DNA from: Candidatus Bathyarchaeota archaeon
Lineage (GTDB): Archaea; Thermoproteota; Bathyarchaeia; Bathyarchaeales; Bathycorpusculaceae
Reading direction: 5' to 3'
Length of the DNA stretch: 64,000 bases
Assembly: GCA_963715865.1 (NCBI GenBank)
Contig: OY970280.1
Coordinates: 416,001-480,000 of the forward strand
The notes below the pieces were generated by a model, which was not told the DNA's origin, did no database searches, and saw nothing but the letters and a program-made list of their open reading frames with translations. Positions 27,211 to 37,561 of the stretch are shown piece after piece (positions within the stretch are counted from its first letter, which is position 1; the number at the start of each line of letters is the position of its first letter). Both the position numbers and the translations under genes were made by a program.

Positions 27211-29298
27211 TTACCGTTCAATTGAGATTTTGCTGACTCCAGCCTCTTTTTCAAGAGTAATCACATGATCAGCTTTTCCTGCGAATGCTTCACTGTGTGT
27301 AACTGCGATTATTTGTTCAATTGCTTTGAATCGGCTTATGGCTTCAGCTAACCGCTCTATGCTGCCATCTTCGCTGCCAAGGTTTTCTGTGGGTTCATCA
27401 AGCATTAGCATGCTTAAGCCGTGACCAGTTCGCGACTGCATAATCAACTGCCCCAAACCTAAACGGTAAGCAAAAGCCAAAAGCGTGCGTTCTCCGCCTG
27501 AAAGGTTTGAAACTTCCCGGTCAACGCCTGTTTCGCTTTTCACGTAAGGAGTGTAAGTTTCATCAATAAGCACGTTGAGCATGGGTGTTTCTCCGCCAAC
27601 TAGACTATCGAGGACTTGCTGAACAAAATTGCGCAAAACCTTCACAAACTCGCTCCGAAGTTTAGGCTGAATACTACGGTAAGCATCACGAATAGCGCTT
27701 AAAAGTTCAACGGTTCTGCGGATTTTCTCCATGCGCTCAAGCTTTTCCTGTGCAAGATTAATCCGCTCTTTAGTTTCGTCTAAGCGTCTGAAAAGGTCTT
27801 TTTTGCGGTTCTCTTTCGTGCACAAATCCGACTCTAACATGTAATACTGCTGGAAAGCCTGTTCACGCAGTGTTCTTGCCGCGTCAAGTTCTGATAAGTC
27901 AAACTTGCCGATTTCAAACTGTACCAGCTCAAGCTGCAAACGCAGATCAGCTTCAAGCTTCTGTTTCTCCTCAAACTCGCTTGATAGATTATTAAAGTTG
28001 TTTTCTTCTTCGCTCAGGCGGTTTTTTAATTCCTCAGCTCTTGTCATGCAAGTTTGCAAGTTCGAGTAAGCTTCAGAAGCCAAAGTTTTTGTTTTCTGCA
28101 GACTATCAATTTCAATTCGTAGCTGACTGATTGCTTTTTCGCGTTCACTATTTTCCTGTTGAATCTTTGAAAGCAGATTACCTTTGTATTCACCATCTAA
28201 CGGTTGCACACAAAGCGGACACTTGCTCTCCTGCGACAACGAAACAACTCTCTTTTTATCCGTTTGCAGGTTCCTTGCCGTCGCTTCTTGATCCGCTCGT
28301 AAACTGCTGATTTTATCATCAAACGCTGCCAAAGAAGAATGCAATGATTCAACAGGCTGATTAATTGGCAAACCTGCTTGCTCAAGTTTACCCAAGCACA
28401 CTTTAGCTTGAGCATCAATTGAGTTTTGGCGCTGATGCAAATTATCCACGATCGTTTTTTTGCCTTCAATGCGCTGATTTAGCGAAGCCAAAGTGTTAGT
28501 CATGTTAACAGCGTCGGCATGTAGCTTTGCTTCTTTTCGCTTAAGCTCCTCAATAACTTGTCGTTTCTCTTCCAGCTTTTTCAGCTTTGAATCTGCTTCA
28601 TCCAACGCTTTCTTGGCAACCGCCAACTTCTGCGTTGCGTTCTCAAGGTCCATTTCTAAAAGTGCGTATTCTTCACTTGCCCTGTTGCATTCGTTGCTGA
28701 GTTTTTCTAAGCCATTAACGTCTGGGTCTTTCTCGTAAACCCGTTTTTCAGTCTCATAATCTCGTTGGTACTGCGCAATATTGCTCCATGCTGTTTCGTA
28801 ATCGGATAAACCGAATAATTCGTCCAAACGTCTTTGCCTATCGCGTGGTTGAGCATCCAATAGCTCTTTGAGATGTTCTTGCCTAAACCAGACAATTTCT
28901 CGGTAAAGATCCTTATCTAAACCTGTAATCGCCTTAAACTGCTCGGCAATCGCATCGGTTTTCATGCTAGCAACAAGCGTCTCATCCTCATAGAGCTTGA
29001 GTTCTTCAAAATTTTGGATAATACTTTTGCCCTTTCTTTTTAATCCACGCGTAAGCTTGTAGGTGCTTCCGTTCTGCATAAACTGGACAGTGACCCTGCC
29101 AGAATCTGCACCTTCACGCAGCAAATACTCAAAACTCCTACCTATCGACTCACCGAACAAAGCGAAGTCAACCGCATATAAAACGCTGGATTTTCCACAG
29201 CCCAAACCGCCGACAAGACAGTTAAAACCGCGTGTGAAGGGCACTGTGGATTTAACGTGGCTGCGAATGTTTTCCAGCTGAACTATTTCAATTTTCAT
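27211..29298 (-). CDS. rad50: Rad50/SbcC ATPase
   Basis: Walker A GGLGCGKS, coiled coil with zinc hook CPLC, LSGGE, LDEPT and VTH motifs. Confidence 0.92.
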   Translation of the reverse strand: MKIEIVQLENIRSHVKSTVPFTRGFNCLVGGLGCGKSSVLYAVDFALFGESIGRSFEYLLREGADSGRVTVQFMQNGSTYKLTRGLKRKGKSIIQNFEELKLYEDETLVASMKTDAIAEQFKAITGLDKDLYREIVWFRQEHLKELLDAQPRDRQRRLDELFGLSDYETAWSNIAQYQRDYETEKRVYEKDPDVNGLEKLSNECNRASEEYALLEMDLENATQKLAVAKKALDEADSKLKKLEEKRQVIEELKRKEAKLHADAVNMTNTLASLNQRIEGKKTIVDNLHQRQNSIDAQAKVCLGKLEQAGLPINQPVESLHSSLAAFDDKISSLRADQEATARNLQTDKKRVVSLSQESKCPLCVQPLDGEYKGNLLSKIQQENSEREKAISQLRIEIDSLQKTKTLASEAYSNLQTCMTRAEELKNRLSEEENNFNNLSSEFEEKQKLEADLRLQLELVQFEIGKFDLSELDAARTLREQAFQQYYMLESDLCTKENRKKDLFRRLDETKERINLAQEKLERMEKIRRTVELLSAIRDAYRSIQPKLRSEFVKVLRNFVQQVLDSLVGGETPMLNVLIDETYTPYVKSETGVDREVSNLSGGERTLLAFAYRLGLGQLIMQSRTGHGLSMLMLDEPTENLGSEDGSIERLAEAISRFKAIEQIIAVTHSEAFAGKADHVITLEKEAGVSKISIER

Positions 29299-30500
29299 TT
29301 TGCCAGCTCCTCAATGGTTTGCTTGACTTTCTCGTCTTGCTTTCGCGTTAAAGGCTCTATGAGACTGAGTGCGGAACGTGCGATTTTGTCAGCTTCTTCG
29401 CGACTGTAGCGCTCTGAGAAAATCTGCAGAAAATACTCAAAAGCTTTGGTCTTCAAATCCTTAAATTCGCTTTCAAAAATTGAACGCACTATTTCGTCTG
29501 AAACAACGCTTTCCTTTAGCAATACGATTGGGTGAACAAGCAAAGCTTTCTCGCCAGCACTTCGGATTTTGGCTATGTCGATTTCTGCTCGGCTTGCTTC
29601 AGCTGGTAACGTGCCTTTCAAAACTGGAATTATTATTGCTCCTTCCGAATCAGCGTCTTTTACAAGTTGAGTGGCTAATTCAGTGATTTTTGCTGATGCC
29701 ATGCCTGAGAAATCTTGCTCAAAAATAACGAATTTACGAGTAGATGTAAGTTCTATGAATTCTGGTTTTACTTCGCCTTTCTCGTTTACTGTAACGTGAA
29801 GGAAGCCTTTCGGGTACTTGGCTTCTCTGTAATCAGTTGTTTCGGTGCAGCCACTGTATGCTAGAAAGCCTGTTTTGAACTTGCCCAAGTACCGTTCATG
29901 CACGTGACCAGCAGCATAATAATCAAAGCCGTTTGGCAATTGCTCCGGCGAAACTTCAGCTTCAATGTAAGGTGGCTTAACGCTTGGCAAGTCCACAGCG
30001 GCGTGGAAAACAAAAATGTTGCAAACCTTGTTACTAGGTGTTGGAGGGTTTTCTTCCATAAACTTTGGGAGTGCCTCTTCAGTTTTATGCTTGTTATGAA
30101 AGTTTGGTATGCCATAAACGTAGCAGCAGTCGGGTTTGCGCCAGCATGCGCCGCTGTATCTTGGCAGATGGTGGATTAATCCTGCGCTATCTAGTGGGTA
30201 GAGGATTGTGCCGGTTATGATGTTTGGTGCGGAATCGTGTGAGCCGTCAACAGTTAAAACTGGAATGTTGGCGTCTTTGAGGCGTTTAAAGCTTCGGATA
30301 GTGTTCTCTAAAGTAACGTTTGATGGTCTTGCTTGGTGGAACAAGTCGCCTGCGATAATCATGAAGTCAGGTTTTAACTCGATTGCTTTATCAACCAACT
30401 CTTTAAACGCATTGTCGAAGTCTTGCCTTCTAGCTTCTAAACCGTACTGCGCGTACCCTAAATGCAAGTCTGAAGCGTGAACGAAGCTGAACGGCTTCAA
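29295..30500 (-). CDS. mre11: Mre11/SbcD nuclease
   Basis: SDLHLG, AGDLFH, GSHD, FH and GHVH phosphoesterase motifs; probable TTG start at 30500. Confidence 0.92.
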   Translation of the reverse strand: MKPFSFVHASDLHLGYAQYGLEARRQDFDNAFKELVDKAIELKPDFMIIAGDLFHQARPSNVTLENTIRSFKRLKDANIPVLTVDGSHDSAPNIITGTILYPLDSAGLIHHLPRYSGACWRKPDCCYVYGIPNFHNKHKTEEALPKFMEENPPTPSNKVCNIFVFHAAVDLPSVKPPYIEAEVSPEQLPNGFDYYAAGHVHERYLGKFKTGFLAYSGCTETTDYREAKYPKGFLHVTVNEKGEVKPEFIELTSTRKFVIFEQDFSGMASAKITELATQLVKDADSEGAIIIPVLKGTLPAEASRAEIDIAKIRSAGEKALLVHPIVLLKESVVSDEIVRSIFESEFKDLKTKAFEYFLQIFSERYSREEADKIARSALSLIEPLTRKQDEKVKQTIEELAK

Positions 30501-30659
30501 GTTGCCTGTGACTCCCTTTTTGTTCCCCTTCACTTTTGATTAGTAGTTTGCCTATCTTAAAGTGTTTATGCGTGTTCAAAATTTAGGCGATTTTTTGTTT
30601 TTTAATGGGATAAAATATAAACCACGATTTGCATGTTAGTTCGAAAGGCGCTTAATTAG

Positions 30660-31478
30660 ATGAAATGCCAGGTATGCATGCAAGAAACTCTTCTACCGTT
30701 TCGCTGTCCATATTGTGGTGGACAGTTTTGTAGTGCTCACCGTTTGCCTGAGAATCATGCATGCCCAAGAATTGAGTTTGCTCGTGCCCAAAGGCAGGAA
30801 CAAGTGATTACACCTCAGTCGTATGACTCTTATCAGTACAGTTATAATTTCGGTCAGCAACCGTTCAAGCGCGAGAGGCATGTTTACTTTAGTCATAAAG
30901 AGTTTAAACACATAACGATTGCAGCGCTACTTGTCATCGGCATTGGTTTTTCCATCGGATTGTATGGAAACCTTTTTGGAGGCTTCAATTTTTATTGGAC
31001 TTGGGATATGATGGCTGTTTTCGCAGTTATCATGACAGCCACTTTTTTGGTCCATGAAATTGCGCATAAAATTATTGCTCAAAAAAAGGGTTTATGGGCT
31101 GAATTCCGCTTAACAACTTGGGGAGCACTGTTGACTTTCGTTTCTATATTTTTGCCTTTTAGGATGATTGCTCCAGGCGCAATGATGATTGCCGGGTCGC
31201 CGAACGGTGACGAAATCGTAAAGATTTCTCTTGCTGGGCCACTAACTAACATCATTTTCTCTACTGCGCTTCTCGGATTAGGGTTTGCTTTACCACCAAG
31301 CACTTATGCGAGCATGCTGCTTTTTGCCGCTTACATCAACGCTTTCATGGCAGTCTTTAATCTGATTCCATTCGGAATTTTGGATGGCTACAAAATTTTC
31401 AGTTTTAACAAGAAGCTTTGGGCTTTAGCTTTCATTCCCAGCGTTATTCTTACAGTGTTCACTTTCTTCTATTTCTAA
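30660..31478 (+). CDS. AN1-type zinc finger fused to an M50 (site-2) membrane protease
   Basis: CQVC...FRCPYCGGQFCSAHRLPENHAC; HEIAH, AGP and FNLIP..ILDG. Confidence 0.85.
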   Translation: MKCQVCMQETLLPFRCPYCGGQFCSAHRLPENHACPRIEFARAQRQEQVITPQSYDSYQYSYNFGQQPFKRERHVYFSHKEFKHITIAALLVIGIGFSIGLYGNLFGGFNFYWTWDMMAVFAVIMTATFLVHEIAHKIIAQKKGLWAEFRLTTWGALLTFVSIFLPFRMIAPGAMMIAGSPNGDEIVKISLAGPLTNIIFSTALLGLGFALPPSTYASMLLFAAYINAFMAVFNLIPFGILDGYKIFSFNKKLWALAFIPSVILTVFTFFYF

Positions 31479-31709
31479 AAAAGATCTAATTTTTATTGCG
31501 ATCTCGCGAAGAGTGGCTTGTCCCTAAATTCGCTAAAGTTTATTTTTGGGTTGGGGCCTCGTATTTTTGAGTAACATCCAATCTTGGGAGGTGAATCCTA
31601 GCGGGGCAAGATGAACACGAGACCCTACAAATTTTACTTTGCTCTTAAAGTTATCATAAATGTTGGTTTCTTTCTCATCTTGAGCAAGCAATAGCTTCTC
31701 TGAAGTTTG

Positions 31710-32720
31710 CTATTGGCAACTTTGTTTCTCAAAAAGTACATTAGGAGCTATCCTTGGGTAGTCTTTCATCACCTTTTGAAGCTTTTTCAACGATACATTT
31801 TCGATGACAAAAGTGGGCAAAGGCGCAACTCCGCCTTTTTGGAATAGAGAATTAACAATCTTGCTTTCGTCAACTTTAGGTTCAAAGGCTGCAAATCGAA
31901 CCCAGAAGCTATTTTGCTTCAAGATTTGAAAGATTTCATCCAATTTTTCATCGGAGAGATAGTCAGGATGTAATTCTACGAGAATTCTCACGTCTCCTTT
32001 AAGTGTCTGGGGCATACCCCTAAATATTTTATATTCATAACCTTCGACGTCCATTCGAATAAGGCTTGGCGAAAGTTTATTGTTGAGGAATCTGTCGACT
32101 GTTTCTTCAGAAACGCTTTGTGTTCCTATAATTTTGCCTCCGACGGAATTTTTATCCATGGAACATAGATTACAAAAGTTGGAAACATAAATCTCGGATT
32201 CTTCGTTGCACTCTCCAAATGCTAGTTGAAAAGTATCCACGTTTTCTAAATTATTTAGGCGCACGTTCTTTTTCAGTAATTTGATGTTACCTTGTACGGG
32301 TTCAACTGCATAGACTTTTCCGTTTGCTCCCACGAGTTGAGACTCGATTAATACGTAGTAACCGATGTTGGCGCCAATATCTAAGACAACATCACCTTCC
32401 TTGATGACGCCGTCACCAATCAAGTAATCAGTGCAGATAACCTCTCTCTTCTTGTACAAAAATAAGTCCCTGTGAATGGCACCATTTTTTGGAAAGAGAA
32501 ACATTTTGGATTTGTTTACTTCTACAATGGCACCGTTTTTAGGCAAGTATCTTAGACGCAGAAGAAGGTTCTTGAGTAATACTGCGATGAATATGGAAAC
32601 TGTCTTTTCAAAGCCTCTCTTGCGAGCCATTTTAATAGTTCTATGAAATGGGATTGTCGTTATTACGAACCTTCTTAATGTTCGCATGGGGTCCTTCGCT
32701 TTCACCCGGCGACCATGCAT
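31710..32720 (-). CDS. FkbM-family SAM-dependent methyltransferase
   Basis: VLDIGANIGYY, AVEP and IRMDVEGYE motifs. Confidence 0.88.
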   Translation of the reverse strand: MHGRRVKAKDPMRTLRRFVITTIPFHRTIKMARKRGFEKTVSIFIAVLLKNLLLRLRYLPKNGAIVEVNKSKMFLFPKNGAIHRDLFLYKKREVICTDYLIGDGVIKEGDVVLDIGANIGYYVLIESQLVGANGKVYAVEPVQGNIKLLKKNVRLNNLENVDTFQLAFGECNEESEIYVSNFCNLCSMDKNSVGGKIIGTQSVSEETVDRFLNNKLSPSLIRMDVEGYEYKIFRGMPQTLKGDVRILVELHPDYLSDEKLDEIFQILKQNSFWVRFAAFEPKVDESKIVNSLFQKGGVAPLPTFVIENVSLKKLQKVMKDYPRIAPNVLFEKQSCQ

Positions 32721-32888
32721 TCATCTTTTTAGCCCTTAAGTAATCCATTTTCCCAGTTTAGCCCCAATTCCTTCCCAAATTAACCAATGATTTGACCTTG
32801 CCCAAGCAAAATTGAAGGAACATAAAGTTATACAACGATTAACAGGTCCAAAAACAGTAAACATTAACTCAATTTCGGGACAAGGCAA

Positions 32889-33102
32889 GCACAATAGTCG
32901 CAACTATTGAGCCTGTTGAATAGCCTACTGTAGTATAGTGATAGTGAAGCCGAGCGTTAAAGTGATGACTATTGAGTCTGCTTCGGCGCATTTATGATAA
33001 AGTCAGTTTTCCTAAGTGAAAAAGGTTGACGCAATAAGCATACAGGCCAAAAGCTAGAGACATTTGTTCGGTCGCGTAAAAGTTTTGTTCAAACAATCCA
33101 GC
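32889..33102 (-). repeat. Dispersed intergenic repeat family A, copy 2 (inverted relative to copy 1)
   Basis: Reverse complement matches 2416..2618 apart from a divergent 20-30 nt middle and a few substitutions. Confidence 0.9.
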
Positions 33103-33225
33103 CCGCAAAAGAAGCCTTGAGCATAGAAAAAGTTGTTAGGAAACACGCATTTGTCTGTCGCTAACGTGGCAGGTTTTCTCTAGGTTTTTATAAAAAGAGA
33201 TTGCCCGTAAGAAAAATGGGCTAAA

Positions 33226-34680
33226 TTAACGTTTTAAAGTGCTGATTAACTGTTTTTCAGCGTTGAAGACTTCAACAGTTAACGGCATTTGTCCAACTGC
33301 AAAGTGCGTTGCGCATCCGAAGCATGGGTCGTAAGCTCGGAAAGCCATTTCAACCATGTTAAGTATGCCTTGGTCAACCTTGCCGCCGTGGATTAAACCT
33401 TTAGCTGCATCGCGTACGCTCATGCATATTGCTGGGTAATTGTTTGTTGTTGCAACAATCAGGTTTACGTCTTTAACAAGCGCATCCTTATCTAACGTGT
33501 AATGGTGAATCAATGTGCCCCTTGCGGCTTCGACTATGCCAACGCCTTCGCCTGGTTCACCTGGTTTGTTGCGTACGTTTGTGCTGGTGATTTCCGGGTC
33601 TTTGACTAGTTCCATTGTTCTTTCAGTAGCGTAAAGCAGCTCGATTAGTCGTGCCCAGTGGAAAGCCAGAGTGCTGTGGACTGGTTTGCCGCCTAAAGTC
33701 TTGTACATTTCTTGGTATTCTGCCTGTGCAAGCGGAGTAGCCATGCCGTCTGAAGCGTTTAGTCTTCCAAGCGGACCAACACGGTAAACGCCGCTGGCTG
33801 CGCCTGAAACTTGGCCTTTCCAACCTACTGCTTTAAGGAATGGGAATTTGCTGTATGTCCATTCTTCGACGTGTTCGCCGATGTGTTTGAGGTAGTCTTT
33901 TGATTCGAATTTTACGAATTCTTTGCCTGATGGGTCGACAACGCGGATTTTGCCGTCATAAAAGTTAACTTTATTGTTCTTGTCAACTGTGCCCATGTAG
34001 TAGGTTGGCATTGTGTAAGCTGGGCTTTTGATTAAGTCAACGTATTTGCTGTTGCCTAAAACAATGTCATGGAAAAGTTTAAGCGTGAACTGCGCGAAGT
34101 TTACGCATGAAGCAGCCATTTTCTCGATTTCTTGCCTGTTAGCTTCACTTAGTGGCTTGGAGATTCCGCCTGGTAAACCGCAGACTGGGTGAGTTGCTTT
34201 TCCACCGATGATTTCAGTTATTTTTTGACCGTAAGCTCGGTGTTTTATGACTTCTTTTGCAACCTCCATTCCTGCTTTCTCGATGACGCCGAGGATGTTG
34301 CGTTTTTCTGGTGGTGCGTCTGGTCCAACTATGAAGTCTGGTCCACCAAGATAATAGAAGTGCAATGTATGATCGTAAATGAAATATGCGCTATACATTA
34401 GTTCGCGCAGTTTCTTTGCGGCTGAGGGTGGTTCAACGTTGAATGCTGCGTCTAAGGCTTTGGTTGCTGCAAAATGGTGAGCAACTGGGCAAACGCCGCA
34501 GATTCTAGTTGTGAGTTGCGGCATGAGTTCGGCTTTTCTGCCGACACAGAATTTCTCAAAACCTCGAAGCTCAGGAATTTTAAGGTAAGCGTTTTCAACT
34601 TCGCCTTTATCGTTGAGAAATATGGAAACGTTTCCGTGTCCTTCAAGACGCGTGATTGGGTCTATGACTATTTCTTTCAT
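33226..34680 (-). CDS. mvhA: Group 3c [NiFe]-hydrogenase large subunit
   Basis: ITRLEGH, RICGVCP and DPCFGCATH motifs. Confidence 0.9.
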   Translation of the reverse strand: MKEIVIDPITRLEGHGNVSIFLNDKGEVENAYLKIPELRGFEKFCVGRKAELMPQLTTRICGVCPVAHHFAATKALDAAFNVEPPSAAKKLRELMYSAYFIYDHTLHFYYLGGPDFIVGPDAPPEKRNILGVIEKAGMEVAKEVIKHRAYGQKITEIIGGKATHPVCGLPGGISKPLSEANRQEIEKMAASCVNFAQFTLKLFHDIVLGNSKYVDLIKSPAYTMPTYYMGTVDKNNKVNFYDGKIRVVDPSGKEFVKFESKDYLKHIGEHVEEWTYSKFPFLKAVGWKGQVSGAASGVYRVGPLGRLNASDGMATPLAQAEYQEMYKTLGGKPVHSTLAFHWARLIELLYATERTMELVKDPEITSTNVRNKPGEPGEGVGIVEAARGTLIHHYTLDKDALVKDVNLIVATTNNYPAICMSVRDAAKGLIHGGKVDQGILNMVEMAFRAYDPCFGCATHFAVGQMPLTVEVFNAEKQLISTLKR

Positions 34681-35667
34681 TTTTTAATCACCTTTCTCTT
34701 AAGGATTGATGCTGGTAAACTGATACATGTAGAATGTGCCAACTGGATCTTGGACTTGGCTAAGTAAGTCTTCAATCTCTTTTTCAGTGTACTTGGTTTT
34801 GCCTGGTTCACCATCATATCCGAGAATGGAAGCTAAAGCAGATATCATTGCTGCTCCTTGCTCTGGAACGTTCGGAGCTGGTCCACCGCAACCTGTGCAG
34901 GGCATGTCAACGTTTAAGCATTGAGCGCCGCAGCCGCTTCTGGTTGCAAGTCCTAGGCAGAGTATGCCTTGTTCAAGGAGGCATTTTTCTGGTTCTGGAG
35001 CTTTCTCGTAGACTCGGTAGATTTTGCCGATTTTTTTGTTTTCTCGTTTTCTTGGGCATTCGTCGCATACTGCTTTGAGTGGTGCGAGCACTGAGCCTTT
35101 TGGCGGTAGCTTGTTGCTTGCTATCGCGTCTACTGCGGCAGCGATTAGTTTGACTGGTGGCGGGCAACCTGGCAGATAATAGTCTACGTCCACTGTTTGA
35201 TCTAGGGTTTTTACGGTGTCGTAGAATTCTGGGATTTTTAGGATGCCTTCTTTAACTTGAGTTTGAGTTTTAGGCGTTACTGCTTGAGGGTTGATGTTTG
35301 ATTTGTCTTTTACGTAAACTTGCTCGAAAATTTCTTTCTTATTGTGTAAGTTTGCTAATCCAGGCACGCTTCCTTGGTGTGCGCATGAGCCGAACGCAAC
35401 AAGGGTTTTAGATTTTTGCCTCAATAGCTTAGCCATGTGTTCTTGTTCGGAATTGCGTATTGAACCGTTAAAGAAGGTTATGTCAATGTACTTGTCAGGC
35501 ATGTTTTCAACATCTTTGTATTTGATGTCAATGGCTACTGGCCAAAAAACTATGTCGGCTATTTGTACTACGTCAAGGATTTTCTCGTTTATATCTAAGA
35601 CGGCTATTTCGCAACCGCCGCAACTTGCAGCCCAGTAAAATGCTATTTTTAACTTGTTTTTACTCAT
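34677..35667 (-). CDS. mvhG: Group 3c hydrogenase small subunit with an extra base near the C-terminus
   Basis: SCGGC, FGSCA, GCPP and C-terminal Cys clusters. Removing one base near 34722-34724 gives ...YMYSLPASILKRKVIKK with an ATGA overlap onto mvhA. Confidence 0.85.
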
Positions 35668-36557
35668 TGTTTGAGTACTCCCTCGGTTACTTGTTTTAGT
35701 ATTTTTGATGCGTTTACTCGGAGTTCGTTGAAGGCTAATTCTTCAGGTGCCATACCCATTGCTAACCCGAGTAATTGTGGGTAATGGAGAATTGGAATAC
35801 CATAGGTTTCATTAAACATTTTCTCTATTCGCAACTCGTTTGTATCATACATTATGTGGCAAAACGGACAAATGGTGATTAACGCTTGTGCATCAACCAT
35901 TTTTACATGGTTTAGTTTGTCTCTTGCGAGTTGCAGAGCGACTTTGTCGCTGACTCCGACGCTTGGTGCTCCACAGCATTCTGTTTCATCAATGTAGTCT
36001 AGGCATGTGGCTCCTGTAGCTTCGATGAGCATTTTGAGTGTTTGCGGGTCTTCTGGGTCGTCAAAGCCTATGTATTCTTTGGGTCTTAGGATGTGGCAGC
36101 CGTTGTGCTCAGCAACTTTAAGCATAGTAAGCGGTTTTACGACGGAGGCTTTTATTTTTTCTACACCAACATCTTCCTTTAGCAGTTGCAGAAGGTGTTT
36201 GGCTTCGATGGTCCCCTTGAATTCTAATCCTACTTCTTTGAGGTGACCGTTAATTTGCTCCTTTAATGCTTTGTCCTCTTTTAGAATCTTGTTAACTTTC
36301 TTTAACGTGCCAGCGCAACCTGGGCACAAAGTGAGAATATTCAATCCTTGTTGTTCTGCCAGCGCCAAGTTTTTTGCCGCTAAAATAAGCATGGTTTCAT
36401 GGCTTACTGGATCTAAAGGTAAACCGCAACAGTTGAATTCTGGCATTTCAACCAGTTCAACGCCAAGTTTAGTTAAGACTTTGCGTGCGGAAATCTCGTA
36501 GGCTGAAACGCGATAGGGGATGGCGCATCCGAGAAAAATGAGGTATTTACTGGGCAT
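35664..36557 (-). CDS. hdrB: Heterodisulfide reductase subunit B (CCG domains)
   Basis: FLGC, FNCCG, CPGC, HNGCH, ECCG and CPFCH motifs. Confidence 0.92.
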   Translation of the reverse strand: MPSKYLIFLGCAIPYRVSAYEISARKVLTKLGVELVEMPEFNCCGLPLDPVSHETMLILAAKNLALAEQQGLNILTLCPGCAGTLKKVNKILKEDKALKEQINGHLKEVGLEFKGTIEAKHLLQLLKEDVGVEKIKASVVKPLTMLKVAEHNGCHILRPKEYIGFDDPEDPQTLKMLIEATGATCLDYIDETECCGAPSVGVSDKVALQLARDKLNHVKMVDAQALITICPFCHIMYDTNELRIEKMFNETYGIPILHYPQLLGLAMGMAPEELAFNELRVNASKILKQVTEGVLKQ

Positions 36558-37104
36558 TTGGTTGCTCTCCTGCCGGTTTTTGGACGGTTTCGATGAATTT
36601 TACGCCTTTGAGCGTTTTTCGCACGTTTTCTGCGTTGCCTTTCGGCAGGGGTGGGAGCCCTTGTGATTCACGTTTTTTAATTCTTAACTCGGGAATCTTG
36701 TAAGCATAGCCTGATTCAAGAAGACTTGCGGCTTGCTCTTTGAAAACTTGAGGTATGCAACCATTTTCTGCTGCTAAATTGCGAAACACGCGGATTACGC
36801 TTGCTACTTCAACGTCTTGTGGGCAGCGGTCTGTGCATGTGAAGCAGGCTGCGCATAACCATAATGTGTCGCTTTTGAGCACGCGGTCACGAAGGCCAAG
36901 CTGAGCCATGTGGATTAGGGTTCGTGGACGATAACTGTCGCTGTATCTTGCGACTGGGCAGTCTGATGTGCATGTTCCGCACTGAAAACATTTGAGTATT
37001 TTTTCGCTTCCGTGCATTTTCAGCAATTCATACTTGAATTTTGGGTCTAGCTCGGAAGCTTTTATCGGCTCTTTGCCTGATGTTGTTGCTGCTGTCTCAG
37101 TCAT
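36547..37104 (-). CDS. hdrC: Heterodisulfide reductase subunit C
   Basis: CFQCGTCTSDCP and WLCAACFTCTDRCP motifs. Confidence 0.92.
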   Translation of the reverse strand: MTETAATTSGKEPIKASELDPKFKYELLKMHGSEKILKCFQCGTCTSDCPVARYSDSYRPRTLIHMAQLGLRDRVLKSDTLWLCAACFTCTDRCPQDVEVASVIRVFRNLAAENGCIPQVFKEQAASLLESGYAYKIPELRIKKRESQGLPPLPKGNAENVRKTLKGVKFIETVQKPAGEQPNAQ

Positions 37105-37380
37105 TTGAATTCACTTGACTGGTTTTCGGTAGCACCATGCGTGCTATTTACTCACAATTCCCAACTCAACTACATAAATGTTCAGTCAAGGCTTAGGCGA
37201 TTCTTCCATAGTTGCAGGTAGTATCATCTTTACTTTTTCCATGTGTCGATACCAGCGTACAAAGGCTTGTTTGAGAAGTTACAGCGGAAAAAATGGAGTT
37301 TTAAAAGTCTTTTTCATTCAAAATGCGCCTATCCTACGTCTTTTTAGGACGAGTTTCACTAGTAAAAAGTAGCCCTCCTC

Positions 37381-37505
37381 CCTCTACCGGTACCTCATTT
37401 TTGAGCCAGAAATCCACTAACAAAAAGCAGCCTACTCTACCCCAGCAACCGCTAAAAACTTACCACGTACAAGCCAAGACTTATGCTCTTTTTGAGCGAT
37501 TAAAA
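37381..37505 (+). repeat. Dispersed intergenic repeat family B, copy 1
   Basis: Shares ordered blocks with the reverse complement of 63614..63747. Confidence 0.7.
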
Positions 37506-37561
37506 ACAAATTCGCTAGAAACTAAAAATGAAGCAATAACAAAAAGAAAGAAAAAGATTGC

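Noticed and set aside
31500-31612. c-di-GMP-I riboswitch-like words (GAAGAGTGG, TAGCGGGG)
   Set aside because: The core GGCAAAC and GACGCAAAG motifs are missing.
33226-37104. Selenocysteine recoding in Mvh/Hdr
   Set aside because: MvhA ends in an ordinary DPCFGC within one ORF, there are no in-frame TGA codons at Cys positions, and I saw no SECIS-like element.
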